DNA from: Candidatus Omnitrophota bacterium
GTDB taxonomy: Bacteria > Omnitrophota > Gorgyraeia > Zapsychrales > Zapsychraceae
Direction of reading: 5' to 3'
DNA length: 64,000 nt
NCBI GenBank assembly: GCA_015233115.1
Contig: JADFYJ010000009.1
Span: 12,163 to 76,162 of the forward strand
The translations under genes were made by a program, and so were the position numbers. Each line of letters begins with the position of its first letter. The first letter of the stretch is position 1. Shown piece after piece: positions 1-11,000 of this stretch. Below the pieces are notes generated by a model. That model was given only the letters and a program-made list of their open reading frames with translations. It did no database searches and had not been told where the DNA came from.

Positions 1-357
1 CGTTCTCTAGATAAATCCCGTAAAGTTGAATTTAAAAAGACGTCTTCAATCGATAATGTGTATGGCATTATTTATCGTTTCCGGATGAAGGGCGACGCTA
101 CGCTTGGAGCTCAATTGCATGCTGTTCTTCCGACGAAAGAAGTTAATTTTACGATTGCTAAAGAGGGAAATATAAAAGTTAATCATCAGAATCAAAAAGC
201 CTTATTCATGGCTGGCGAACCAAAAAATTTTGGATTTTGGTTTAGTGCTGATGATCGCAGGATTCCGTTGCGCATTAACGGAGCATTAGGCAGTATGAGC
301 GCGGTTATGGAATTTAAGTCGATATGTGACAAATTGTGTGGGGGAGATGCGAAATGA
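1..357 (+). CDS. Hypothetical protein, 5'-partial (possibly DUF3108-like C-terminus)
   Basis: Frame 1 is open from base 1; stop overlaps the next ATG (ATGA); WFSADDRRIPLRI-type C-terminus. Confidence 0.55.
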   Translation, partial: RSLDKSRKVEFKKTSSIDNVYGIIYRFRMKGDATLGAQLHAVLPTKEVNFTIAKEGNIKVNHQNQKALFMAGEPKNFGFWFSADDRRIPLRINGALGSMSAVMEFKSICDKLCGGDAK

Positions 358-2318
358 AGCATTGCCCAGTATGCCAAGAAATGGAATTAACGCCTGTTTT
401 GACCCGGCAGGGTGTGGAAGTTGATCTGTGTTCTCAATGTGAAGGTATTGGGCTGGACAAAGATTTGATTTTTTATTTTACAAAATTTCCTGATTATTGG
501 CAGAAAAAAATAACAGAGGCGCAATTAAAACACGCACCGCTCGATTGGGTTGAATTTGGCGTTAAAATTCAATATGATCCTCCAAGCGGCAGGATATGGC
601 TGGATAAAGAATCCATAAAAAAGTTTTCGCTCGATAAGCTAAAGATTAATGTTGATAAACAATTTTATTTTGATGGCGAATTTGAAGGCGTCACCCAAGA
701 TGCGTACATGCCTAACAGCCGGATTGGACTTTTGCCTTTACCAAATTTGCTATTGAGTTCAATGGTGAGTTTAGCTGGATTATATGGTGTGGCTATTTTG
801 TTTTCTTGGCTGCCCGTGGTATTGTTGAGAATGCCGGTTTTGGCGATATTTCCTCTCGGTATCTTGGTTTTGATCCTGCAATTATTGTTCAGCCCTGCTT
901 GGATGGATGTCCTTTTAAAGACATTTTATCAAGTAGACTGGACTGATATTGCCATTTTAGAAAAAAATTATCCGCAATGGATTTTATTCCTTAGAGAAAC
1001 CTGCCAGTCAAAAGGAATTTCTTTGCCCAGAATTGGCGTGATCCCGGATGGTTCACCGCAATCTTTTATTTATGGGAATCATTCGAATAACAGCAGGTTA
1101 ATTGTCTCAGAAGGATTATTAGATCTTTTAAACTCGGACGAAATTAATGCGGTCACTGCTCATGAAATTGGTCATGCGGTTTTGGGCGATATGGTATTGA
1201 TGACTAGTGGACAATTGGTGCCTTTAGTTTTTAATTATTGGTATTTGAATTTAACCCAAGGGCGGCCCGTTCAGGATAAATATGCGGCAGGTCGATATGC
1301 GGCTGCGACCGCAGCGTATGGGGTGTCGGCCCTGAGTTCGTCAGTGATTTTGTGGTCGTCCCGGGTACGGGAATATAGTGCGGATCGTTTTGCCGCAGAG
1401 TTAACTGGTCATCCGGAAAAATTATGTTCAGCTTTGGTTAAGGTTGGTTATGGTCAATCCGGAAGGATTACCGGACATAAAAAAAATTCTAGGTCGGAAA
1501 ACTTTCAAGCGGTCAGTGTTTTAGGAATATTTGACCGGGAACAGGCGTTAAGTTTAACGGCTGTATCCACTTTAAAACATTTGTCGAAATGGGATTTTTG
1601 GAATCCCTGGGCCATGTATTATGAATTATTTTCAACGCACCCGTTATTGGCAAAACGTGTTAGATTGTTGAATAATTTATCGGAATATCTTGGAAAAGAA
1701 CCCTATGTCCGGTTAGATGATAAAAGACCGGAGTCGTTTTGGGTTAATTTTATTTTTGAATTGATGATGAATTTAGCGCCAGTGGTATGCATAGTTTTGG
1801 TAGTTATCTTAGGAATATTAGGGCTGGAACATCAAGGCATTCATGGATTAGGATTGGTTATTGCCGCGCTTGGTTTGGGATATTTTATTAAAATTCTTAT
1901 GGCTTATCCATCGGTCGATTTTCTCTCGATGAATATCCATGCGTTATTAAAGAAAATTAAAGTATCCTATGTCCGGCCTGTGGCCTGCCGGATTCGTGGG
2001 CGGATTGCGGGGCAGGGAGCCAGTACGGCCCTTGATTCTGAAAATTTGTTAATACATGATGAAACTGGTATGATGCTGGTGGATTATGAACCACTTTTAA
2101 CATATTGGGACCGGTTTATTGGTTTGTATAAAGAAAAAAATATTTTCGATAAAGAAGTCGAAATTTTTGGCTGGTACCGCAGGAGTCCGGTGCCGTATAT
2201 TGAAATCAGAGAAGTTAGGGATAATAATGGGCGGTATAAATGCTATATTTATGACGTGAAATTTTATTGCGCGATTTTTTTGATGTTTATTGGATTGTTA
2301 ATTTCGATGATTTTTTAA
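354..2318 (+). CDS. M48 (HtpX-like) membrane zinc metalloprotease with N-terminal zinc ribbon
   Basis: CPVC..CSQC ribbon, HEIGH motif, REYSAD, STHP, several TM segments; ATG 354 follows GGGGAG. Confidence 0.85.
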   Translation: MKHCPVCQEMELTPVLTRQGVEVDLCSQCEGIGLDKDLIFYFTKFPDYWQKKITEAQLKHAPLDWVEFGVKIQYDPPSGRIWLDKESIKKFSLDKLKINVDKQFYFDGEFEGVTQDAYMPNSRIGLLPLPNLLLSSMVSLAGLYGVAILFSWLPVVLLRMPVLAIFPLGILVLILQLLFSPAWMDVLLKTFYQVDWTDIAILEKNYPQWILFLRETCQSKGISLPRIGVIPDGSPQSFIYGNHSNNSRLIVSEGLLDLLNSDEINAVTAHEIGHAVLGDMVLMTSGQLVPLVFNYWYLNLTQGRPVQDKYAAGRYAAATAAYGVSALSSSVILWSSRVREYSADRFAAELTGHPEKLCSALVKVGYGQSGRITGHKKNSRSENFQAVSVLGIFDREQALSLTAVSTLKHLSKWDFWNPWAMYYELFSTHPLLAKRVRLLNNLSEYLGKEPYVRLDDKRPESFWVNFIFELMMNLAPVVCIVLVVILGILGLEHQGIHGLGLVIAALGLGYFIKILMAYPSVDFLSMNIHALLKKIKVSYVRPVACRIRGRIAGQGASTALDSENLLIHDETGMMLVDYEPLLTYWDRFIGLYKEKNIFDKEVEIFGWYRRSPVPYIEIREVRDNNGRYKCYIYDVKFYCAIFLMFIGLLISMIF

Positions 2319-2333
2319 TTTAAAAAGGAATTT

Positions 2334-3602
2334 ATGTACGATAAAGAAATATTAAAAAATGGTTTACGATTGGTTACGCATCATATGGGCCAACGTAATA
2401 GCATCGCTTTAGGAATTCTCATCGGGGCTGGCGGGCGTTATGAGAACACTAAAATTAAGGGTGTCGCGCATTTTATTGAACATATGGCGTTTAAAGGCAG
2501 CCAAAAATACGCATGCGAAGAGATTAAAGAAAAGATTGAAGGCGTAGGGGGAAGTTTGAATGCTTTTACTTCTGAGGAGCAGACTTGTTTTTACGCCAAG
2601 ATTCCTTCGAAACATTTTGAGCAGACCTTTGACATTTTAGCTGACATTGTTTTTTTTCCAAAACTAACCACTAAGGATGCGAATAAAGAAAAAGCTGTCA
2701 TTGCGGAAGAAATTAAAATGTACGCGGATCAGCCTCAGCATCATGTTTATGATGTGTTAGAAAAATTAATGTGGGAGGATCATCCGCTAGGTCAGGGTTT
2801 GGCGGGCACGGTTGAATCTGTGATGGGTATGAGCAGGCAGGATCTTTTGAAATTTCATCAAGAACATTATACGGCGTCGAACACGGTAATCGGGATTGCT
2901 GGCGAGGTCGATAACACAAAAATCATGCGGACAATCAAACAAAAATTGGCAGGATTAGATAAAAAGGAAATTCCGGGTTTTGTTCCTGGCCATTTGGAAC
3001 AAAGTCACTCTCGTTATAAGATCGCGCATAAAAAAACTGAACAAATGCATTTGATTTTAGGTTTGCCTGGATTGCATGAAGAGCATAAAGACCGTTATAA
3101 ATTAAGTCTGTTGACGACAATTTTAGGCGGTAATATGTCTAGCCGTTTGTTTAATGAGGTGCGTGAAAAACGTGGCTTGGCCTATTCGATCGGCTGCAGT
3201 GTCAAATTTTTACATGATACGGGTCTTTTTGCTGTGCGCGCAGGTGTTGATAACCGTAAATTGGTCCAGGCTTTTGATTTGATCGTGAAAGAATTGAATA
3301 AAGTAAAAAAATATGGTGTTACCGAAGACGAATTTACCCGCGCTAAAGATTATTTAGTAGGTCAATTGCTTCTGAGCCTGGAAGATACCATGGACCATAT
3401 GTTATGGATGGCAGAGTGGGTGATGCAGCACAACAAAGTCAAGACTGTCAAAGAAGTCCTTGATGATTTTGCGAAAATTAAGCGTCAAGACATCCAAGCC
3501 ATTGCCCAAGAGATTATTGATGAAAATAAATTTAATTTAGCCATTGTTGGGCCGGTCAACAAGGAACAGGAATCAGAGTTGAAGGGGATTTTACAAATTT
3601 AA
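2334..3602 (+). CDS. M16 family zinc peptidase
   Basis: Inverted zinc motif HFIEH, LNAFTS, SSRLFNEVREKRGLAY. Confidence 0.92.
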   Translation: MYDKEILKNGLRLVTHHMGQRNSIALGILIGAGGRYENTKIKGVAHFIEHMAFKGSQKYACEEIKEKIEGVGGSLNAFTSEEQTCFYAKIPSKHFEQTFDILADIVFFPKLTTKDANKEKAVIAEEIKMYADQPQHHVYDVLEKLMWEDHPLGQGLAGTVESVMGMSRQDLLKFHQEHYTASNTVIGIAGEVDNTKIMRTIKQKLAGLDKKEIPGFVPGHLEQSHSRYKIAHKKTEQMHLILGLPGLHEEHKDRYKLSLLTTILGGNMSSRLFNEVREKRGLAYSIGCSVKFLHDTGLFAVRAGVDNRKLVQAFDLIVKELNKVKKYGVTEDEFTRAKDYLVGQLLLSLEDTMDHMLWMAEWVMQHNKVKTVKEVLDDFAKIKRQDIQAIAQEIIDENKFNLAIVGPVNKEQESELKGILQI

Positions 3603-3762
3603 AGTCAGAAGGTCAGAAGTCAGAATACAGCGATTTTTGTAATCTTTTATGTTTGTTTTATTTTCTGATATTTTTTGTCAATTTTTATGCTTTTCCAAGT
3701 CGCCTTGCCATTTAAATATTCATCGTATATATTTGTATTAATTTATTAATACATATAGAACT

Positions 3763-6700
3763 ATGATGAATAATCGAATACGCCAAAAATTTATTTCTGG
3801 TCTTATGGTGATTTTTTTTACTATAGGATCAATTGTGCCTTCTTACGGTCAGGCATTTATTTCGCAAGCCGGAATCATGCCCTCAACGCCTGTTACGTTA
3901 AGCCCAACATTTAATCTTCCTTTGTTGACCGGTATAAAGGTTTATCCTGATAAACCGTTTCGTTTTGATTTCATTATTTCCCGCGGAGCGGGCAATAATG
4001 ACCCTGAGCGACTAACAGGAGTCGAAGGGTTACAATTGAAAAAAGAATCCGAAACGCTGATCAAATATTTTCTTGCCTCATTAACTGTTCCGGAAAAAGA
4101 TTTATGGGTGAATTTATCTCCGCAAGAAAAAAGCCGCATCATCACTAAAGAATTCGGCGAAACAGAAATGGGTCGCGATTTGCTTGCCCAGGATTACATT
4201 TTAAAACAACTCACGGCTAGTTTAATGAGTCCTGACGGGGAAGTAGGTCGGGAATTTTGGGATGCCGTGTATTTAAAAATTTATGAAAATAGAAGGGAGA
4301 ATATAGAAGATAGACAAGCAACAAAAAACAAAACAACTTTATCAGTCGCTTCTAATCTATCTTCTCCTGTCTATCATCTATCTTCTGGTAATTTAGAGGT
4401 TCCAACAAATATTCTAAGCAAAGTATGGATTATTCCTGAGAAAGCAGTCATTCTTGAAAAACCGCCTAATTCTGATCAGCCGAATGCGACCGCGTATATT
4501 GCGGAAGCCAAATTAAAGGTGATGATGGAAGATGATTATTTTATTGAAAAGAGAAGAGAGAATTTAGAAGATAGACAAACAACAAAAAACAAAACTGCAT
4601 CCGTTGGTTCTAATCTATCTTCTTCCGTCTATCCTCTATCGTCTTTAATCAAGAAAATTATCATTCCTGTCCTTGAAAAAGAAGTCAATGAAGGTAAGAA
4701 TTTTGCTCAACTGCGTCAAGTGTATCATTCGCTCATTTTAGCCGCTTGGTATAAACGTAAAATCAAAGAAAGCCTTTTGTCTTCTATATACGTAGATAAA
4801 AAGAAAATTCAAGGTATTAATATCATTGATCCGGCCATGGCTGAAAAAATCTGGACAGAGTACGTAGAAACCTTTAAAAAAGGTGTGTTTAATTTTATTA
4901 AAGAAGAATACGACCCGGTTAAACAAACTATTGCTCCGCGCAAATATTTTTCCGGCGGGCTGACTATGGCCATGGATGCCGCGCTCTTAGTCCGTCCGCT
5001 TGAAACCAATCAAACCATGCTTCCGTTAGAGAATTTGCGACGCGAAATGGTGATTGAAACCAATTTTGAGTCAGTAAATCAGGCCCAACCCACAACAGAT
5101 CATGCTATGGTTGAAGAGCTGGAGTCACTCAGACAAGTTAAACATGAAATTGACAATTTATTAACTGGATGGGAAGGATATTGGCAGATTTTGGAACAAG
5201 GTAAAATTATCGAACGCGAAGATGGTTTAACTATGGCCATTAATGCGAGGATTGAAAAAATAAATGAATTTTCATTAAATATTAAATATGAAGTTTTTAA
5301 TTTGTCCAAGTCTCCTGACTTAAATTCTGCAGATACTCAGCAATGTTTAACTCACCTTAAAGAATTTTTAAGAGAAACCGATTATTTGTCACAGGAAATC
5401 AGTGTTTTAGTCAAAATTATGGCGCTTAAAAATCCTGCGCTTGAGCAAAATAAATATTTTAATGATTTTTCCCGTTTGCTTGAGTCAATGAATTACGCGA
5501 TTCACAAACTTATAGCTGGGGATTATGATTTTGAGCGGCTTGAACCGGCGCTGGTTGATTTAAATTATGTACTTCATCGTGATGTGAATTTAATTAGGAG
5601 TGATGCTGGTATCAGGGTTATTGAAAATTATGCTCCGGACATTAAATTAATTCCGCTCGATGAAATGAAATTTTTTCATGTGTTCATGAATTTGTTAAAG
5701 AATGCCAAAGAAGCGATGATGAGCAAAGGTGAAATCACGATTAGCACGGAGAAAGAAAGCAATTTCGTGAATATTATTGTGTCGGATGTGGGCCCAGGCA
5801 TTCCTGAAGAAATATTGCCGCAGGTCTTTGATAGTGGCTTTACTTATGAAAAAATTAATGGAAATGGCTTTGGATTGGCGATTTGTAAAAAAATAGTCGA
5901 AGCACATGGAGGAACCATTACGGTGGAAAATATTCCCGGACCGAGCGGCAGCCCTGCAGGAGCGCGGTTTATTATCCGTCTGCCGGCGAATGTTGATGCG
6001 GCAATGATTACTTCCGAGGCTGGTTTGTCACCGGCGCACACAACACAACTCAATATGTATCCAGTTACAGCAGGTTCATTGATTGAAAATAATCCACATA
6101 AATATATTTTTGTCGTTAATCATAACATGGGTTCTGAAAGGCGGGGCCAGGTAATCAGAAATGTATATCGGACAATGTTAAATATATTTGGTAATGATAA
6201 TCGGCTTTTTCCTACGCCTTTTTGGTGGATGGGCTGGGGAGGGAAAAAAAAAGCTTTAGTTATATTTCAAAAGCTTGTAACAGAATTGGTCAGCAACTCA
6301 CACCATGCGAAAGACCGTGATGGTAATTATGAAGATGTATTTTTTCAACTTACCACCCAAAATGTCGCTCATCAAAAATATTTATCGCTTGAAGTTTGGA
6401 ACAATTATATGGGTATTCAAAATATTCCTTGGGCAGTAAAAAGGCAAAACACCACCGGAGACACGCCTGGAATGGGATTGCCGTTTATCATCGATTTTTT
6501 GGTTTATAGTTTTGGGGGTCAAGTATCTATCGAGTCCGAAGGTGTAGGTTATAGATTTTCATCGAAAAGAAAAGTTTGGGGTAAAGATCCTAATGCCATC
6601 AGTAGCAAATTTTCATCTACTGTTAATAGGGGGGCAAAAATTTCTATTCTTATTCCATTTGCATTAATTGATTCGGCCATGATAAATACTGAAAAAGTTT

Positions 6701-8043
6701 TGCAGCCTACAGTTTTTGATTTGAAAAAAATTATTCCAACTGAATTACATGACAAAAAAGTTCGGATTATATTAATGGCGGATAATACCGGTACGCTCAT
6801 GGATAAATACGATCGTCCCATGGATGATAGAATTGCGGAGGGATTGCGCGCCTTAGTTGATAATACGGATAATATAATTGTGGTTAATTCCGGTGACCCT
6901 AAGGCGGCTATCGAACATGCGCATCGCAGTGTTTTGCTAGGGGCCAAGAAAGGCGCTCATCTACAATATCCTCTGACCTGGGAAGGCGGAACTTCAATCG
7001 GAACGTTTAATGATGATTTGAAATTAGAAATAACTGATAAAATTCCTGATTGGAAGGAACCATTACGGCATGAATTAATCTCCAATCTCGCCAAGATTTT
7101 TTATGACCAGGTTGAAAAGTTACTGAATGAAGGGAAGCTGACCGAGAGGATTCCAGGATTGACGCTGGATAAATTGGAAAAGGACCGGGAGCGTGCCAAA
7201 ACGGTTATTGATAATAAATATCTTTCCGGTAAAGGGAGCATTGTTTCTCCGGGTGATGAAAAAAATGTGGCAGTTTATTTATTGCCTGAATTTTTCGGGA
7301 AAGGCGGATATATATACGACTCTGGAGCCAAAGTGGCCCTAGATGTTGTTGATATGCTTGATAAAACCAAATTTTTGACACTGAAACATTTCAAAGATAT
7401 TGAATTGAAGGCCTTTTGCATGGTCGGGAGTTTAAAGAATACAACCGGCCCGATAAAAGTTTACGCGGGAAAAAATTTTTTAGATATCTCCGCCGTGACG
7501 AAAGCAGATTCGGTTAGAAAAATTATATATAATTCTGATATACAGAAAAATAGTAACGAATTCGTTACCCTTTATGTTGTAATGGGTGATTCTGGTAATG
7601 ATATCCCGACGATAAATTCAGAAATGGGATATCAAAAAAGTAATGGTTATAACCTTTCATTCTTTTTGTCCCATAGCCCTGAGTATGCCGGTGATCTTAA
7701 TCAAAATGTTTTTATTACAGAAAGCGAGCATGTTAACGCTGCCATTCAAGTTTTGGAGTGGCTAAATACTTTTAGCGGTAAAACAATTGCTGAAAGTGGG
7801 CCATTCAATGCTCTCACTTGGCAAACGTCTTCATCAGACGCGGCGATGACCGTAAAGGCTGTAAACGGAGGGATTGACTTAAACTCTGTTAATAAAATTC
7901 TCCATACCCAAAATACAGAAGATGCGATTCGGTTTCATGTTGATCCGGCTATGCGGCAATATTGGCATGATTCGTCTGGGTTTGTGCCGGTTATCATAAA
8001 CATTTTTCTCCTGAGTAATCTTAGGAAATTTTTGGAGATATAG
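3763..8043 (+). CDS. Large modular protein: signal-like N-terminus, conserved N-domain, histidine kinase, second HATPase, HAD-like domain, GGIDLN C-terminus
   Basis: H-box KHEIDNLLT, N-box NLLKNAKEAM, DVGPGI, GNGFGLAIC; ELVSNSHHA/GMGL; DNTGTL..GDSGND; N- and C-domains paralogous to 8044..11256. Confidence 0.8.
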   Translation: MMNNRIRQKFISGLMVIFFTIGSIVPSYGQAFISQAGIMPSTPVTLSPTFNLPLLTGIKVYPDKPFRFDFIISRGAGNNDPERLTGVEGLQLKKESETLIKYFLASLTVPEKDLWVNLSPQEKSRIITKEFGETEMGRDLLAQDYILKQLTASLMSPDGEVGREFWDAVYLKIYENRRENIEDRQATKNKTTLSVASNLSSPVYHLSSGNLEVPTNILSKVWIIPEKAVILEKPPNSDQPNATAYIAEAKLKVMMEDDYFIEKRRENLEDRQTTKNKTASVGSNLSSSVYPLSSLIKKIIIPVLEKEVNEGKNFAQLRQVYHSLILAAWYKRKIKESLLSSIYVDKKKIQGINIIDPAMAEKIWTEYVETFKKGVFNFIKEEYDPVKQTIAPRKYFSGGLTMAMDAALLVRPLETNQTMLPLENLRREMVIETNFESVNQAQPTTDHAMVEELESLRQVKHEIDNLLTGWEGYWQILEQGKIIEREDGLTMAINARIEKINEFSLNIKYEVFNLSKSPDLNSADTQQCLTHLKEFLRETDYLSQEISVLVKIMALKNPALEQNKYFNDFSRLLESMNYAIHKLIAGDYDFERLEPALVDLNYVLHRDVNLIRSDAGIRVIENYAPDIKLIPLDEMKFFHVFMNLLKNAKEAMMSKGEITISTEKESNFVNIIVSDVGPGIPEEILPQVFDSGFTYEKINGNGFGLAICKKIVEAHGGTITVENIPGPSGSPAGARFIIRLPANVDAAMITSEAGLSPAHTTQLNMYPVTAGSLIENNPHKYIFVVNHNMGSERRGQVIRNVYRTMLNIFGNDNRLFPTPFWWMGWGGKKKALVIFQKLVTELVSNSHHAKDRDGNYEDVFFQLTTQNVAHQKYLSLEVWNNYMGIQNIPWAVKRQNTTGDTPGMGLPFIIDFLVYSFGGQVSIESEGVGYRFSSKRKVWGKDPNAISSKFSSTVNRGAKISILIPFALIDSAMINTEKVLQPTVFDLKKIIPTELHDKKVRIILMADNTGTLMDKYDRPMDDRIAEGLRALVDNTDNIIVVNSGDPKAAIEHAHRSVLLGAKKGAHLQYPLTWEGGTSIGTFNDDLKLEITDKIPDWKEPLRHELISNLAKIFYDQVEKLLNEGKLTERIPGLTLDKLEKDRERAKTVIDNKYLSGKGSIVSPGDEKNVAVYLLPEFFGKGGYIYDSGAKVALDVVDMLDKTKFLTLKHFKDIELKAFCMVGSLKNTTGPIKVYAGKNFLDISAVTKADSVRKIIYNSDIQKNSNEFVTLYVVMGDSGNDIPTINSEMGYQKSNGYNLSFFLSHSPEYAGDLNQNVFITESEHVNAAIQVLEWLNTFSGKTIAESGPFNALTWQTSSSDAAMTVKAVNGGIDLNSVNKILHTQNTEDAIRFHVDPAMRQYWHDSSGFVPVIINIFLLSNLRKFLEI
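4001..4030. repeat. Short palindromic element in frame (DPERLTGVEG)
   Basis: accctgagcgact..agtcgaagggt stem-loop; absent at the equivalent site of the paralogue. Confidence 0.55.
4291..4644. repeat. Two related imperfect inverted-repeat inserts in frame (4291-4386, 4552-4644)
   Basis: agaag..atagaagatagac / tctatcttct..tctatc arms; encode RRENxEDRQ..NLSSxVYxLSS twice; related intergenic copy at ~39204-39326. Confidence 0.75.
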
Positions 8044-11000
8044 ATGTTTCAAACACTTCATAAAAATTTTTGGAGGATGAGAGCTTTTTGCTCCATTTTT
8101 ACAGGTGTTATTTCGCTTGTTTTTTGTGTGCCTTTAGGGTATAGCCAGATGATTTCCGGAACTGCGGCGCTATATTCTAATAACGCATCAGGACTGACAG
8201 CGTCTTATGCTCCAACGATTGTGCGGGGAATTAATGTTTATCCGGATAATCCTTTAAAGTTTGACTTTATAATTGATAAAGGCCAATCTAAATTAGGCCC
8301 AACGGCCTTTGAACAAGAATCGCAGAAATTAATCCGTTATTTTTTAGCCTCTGTAACTATTCCCCAAAAAGACATGTGGGTCAATTTGTCTCCCACCGAA
8401 CCTGACCGGATTATTCCTCAAATATTCGGCCAGACTGAAATGGGGCGTGATCTTTTAACTCAAGATTATTTACTTAAACAGCTCACCGCGGCTTTATTAC
8501 GTCCTGACAGTGAAGTTGGAGCCAAGTTTTGGGATGCTGTGTATTCAAAAATTTATGAAGAAAGAAAAGACCGTTCATCAAACAATTTCGACATTCCTGC
8601 AGATATTCTAAGCAAAATTTGGATAGTGCCTGATACCGCTCAATTATCTGAGCATGACAAAGGTGTCGATATCGTTAACACGCATTTGAAAGTAATGACG
8701 GAAAATGAATATTTTAATGATCAGTCTTCTCCTGTCTACCCGTTATCTTCTTTAATCAAACAAATAATCCTTCCCGCGATTGAAAAAGAAGTGAATGAAG
8801 GTCAAACTTTTTCTAATTTGCGTCAAATTTATAACTCAATGATTTTAGCCAAATGGTATAAAGCACGACTTAAGCAAAGTTTATTGGGACAAGTTTATGC
8901 TAATAAAAATAAAATAAATGGTGTTCGCATTAAAGATCGAATACAGATCAATGATATTTATAATAAATATTTAGAGATATTTAAGCTGAGCGTTAATGAA
9001 ACCATAAAAGAAGAATATGACCCTGAAGCTGGAAAGATCGTAGCGCGGAAATATTTAAGCGGGGGGTATGCTGGACAAAATGCTGACTACGCGATGGTTG
9101 ATGAGACTGACCCTTCGAAGGAACAGCCTGCCATAGATCCTGTAAAAGTAACGGTTGAGTTGTTCGGTCAAATGAATCCGTCGTCGGATAACAGGCAGCT
9201 TCTTAAAGCGGCTGGACATCTATTGGATGCGGAACATGCTAGACTAGATCAGTCCAATTATTGGAAAGCTCGCTTAATGCAAATTTTAGATATATCTTTA
9301 CCTCCGAATTTTGATTGTGAATTGAACCATCCTAATGCGGTCAATATGTCGGATTCGGATATTTATGAAAAAATCAAAAGGTATGGGACATTCATTAAGA
9401 TTTTTATGGAAAAAATTCCATATTATAAATTAGTGGCGGTGATATTTACGAAAGATTGGCAATTGAAATTTATAGAAAAAAGTAATGATAATAATCTTGA
9501 TGAAACAACTTATTATTTTACTGATGACGGAAGATTAGAAACGGAAGTGGCGTCCGTTAAAGATATCGGTATTTTAGATTTTTTGCAATTAGACCCCCGG
9601 ATCTCGCAGTATTTAACTTCTTCGAATGTTAATCCCATGATTCATAATGGAAAAACTGTTTTATTGACTGGAGCAGGATATATCGGCTCTGCGATTATTA
9701 GTACGTATTTGCAATATGGCACTCAAGTTATTATTTACGATCGAAACCCTTATAAAAGTGAGTATTTATCTTTAGTTGCTAATCACAAAAATGTCATTAT
9801 TGTCAGAGGAGATTTAAATGACCCGGATCGGCTAAGATCGGAAGTCATGGATAAGTATCACATTGACCTGGTGGTGCATTTGGCAGGAGTCACTTCTCCT
9901 CGAGAATCTATGAATTATCCTGAAAAGTATTTTCATGAAAACATATTAGGAACAATGAATCTATTGCATGCGATGAGCAAATACCAAATTAAACATTTTA
10001 TTTTTGCTTCTACGGCTGATGTCTATGGCGGAAATGAAGAGATGTTCGATGAGCGGGATGAGACTTATCCGGGAAATCCTTATAGTGAAAGTAAGTGGCT
10101 CTTGGAGATAATGGCAGAATATTTTTCTAAACAATATGGATTTAATTATGTGGCCTTTAGGATTTTTAACGCGGCTGGGGCTTTTTTTGATAACCCTTTA
10201 CATAGCGATGACGGACAATATTTTGGGGAGATTAACCGGACATCATTATTGGCTCGGGCTATTGAGTCGCAGTTAAGGCCGCAGGAGGTGACATTAACTA
10301 TCATGGGAAAACCGGTGAGAGATTTTATTCATATTAAAGATATTGCCAATGCCTGTTTAAAAGCATCAGCATACTTATACGTTGGTGAGGAAAATTTAAC
10401 TTTGAATTTGGGCACAGGAAGAAAAACGAGTGTTCCCGATGTAATAGATATGCTTAAAAAAATTTTTATTGAAAATGGAAGAGTTTGGCATGAAATTACT
10501 CAAGGGCCAGCCGTAGCTGGATCAGTGCAGCAATCAACCGCGGATTTTTCAAAGGCGTTTAATAAAATAGGCTGGTGGCCTGAGTATTCACTGACCAGTA
10601 TTCTGCGCACAGCCGTGTTATTTCATTTTCAGCAATTTATACGGGGAGATCATCCAGTCAACGCGAATGAATCTGTTTCTGATAACATTCTACCCCAGCC
10701 GGAAATTTTTGCGAAAAAAGTTTATGATCAAGTTGGGAAAGACACCGAGATGGTGAATTCCTTTAAATTTGAAATTTTATTCCGTTTGTTGGTTGATGTA
10801 TTAACTGCTTTACCAGATAAAGATAGGCGCCGGAATGCACTTCTTAAAAACGCAAGTGATATTAAAGCTCAAACAGGAAATGCTATTGATGCCATTGCTG
10901 ACAAGAAGGCTGGACAAAGATTTTGGGAAAAGTTCGGAGAGTATATACTTTCCTATTGGGATTTGGATCCTATTTATCAGCAAATATTTCTCGAATTGAA

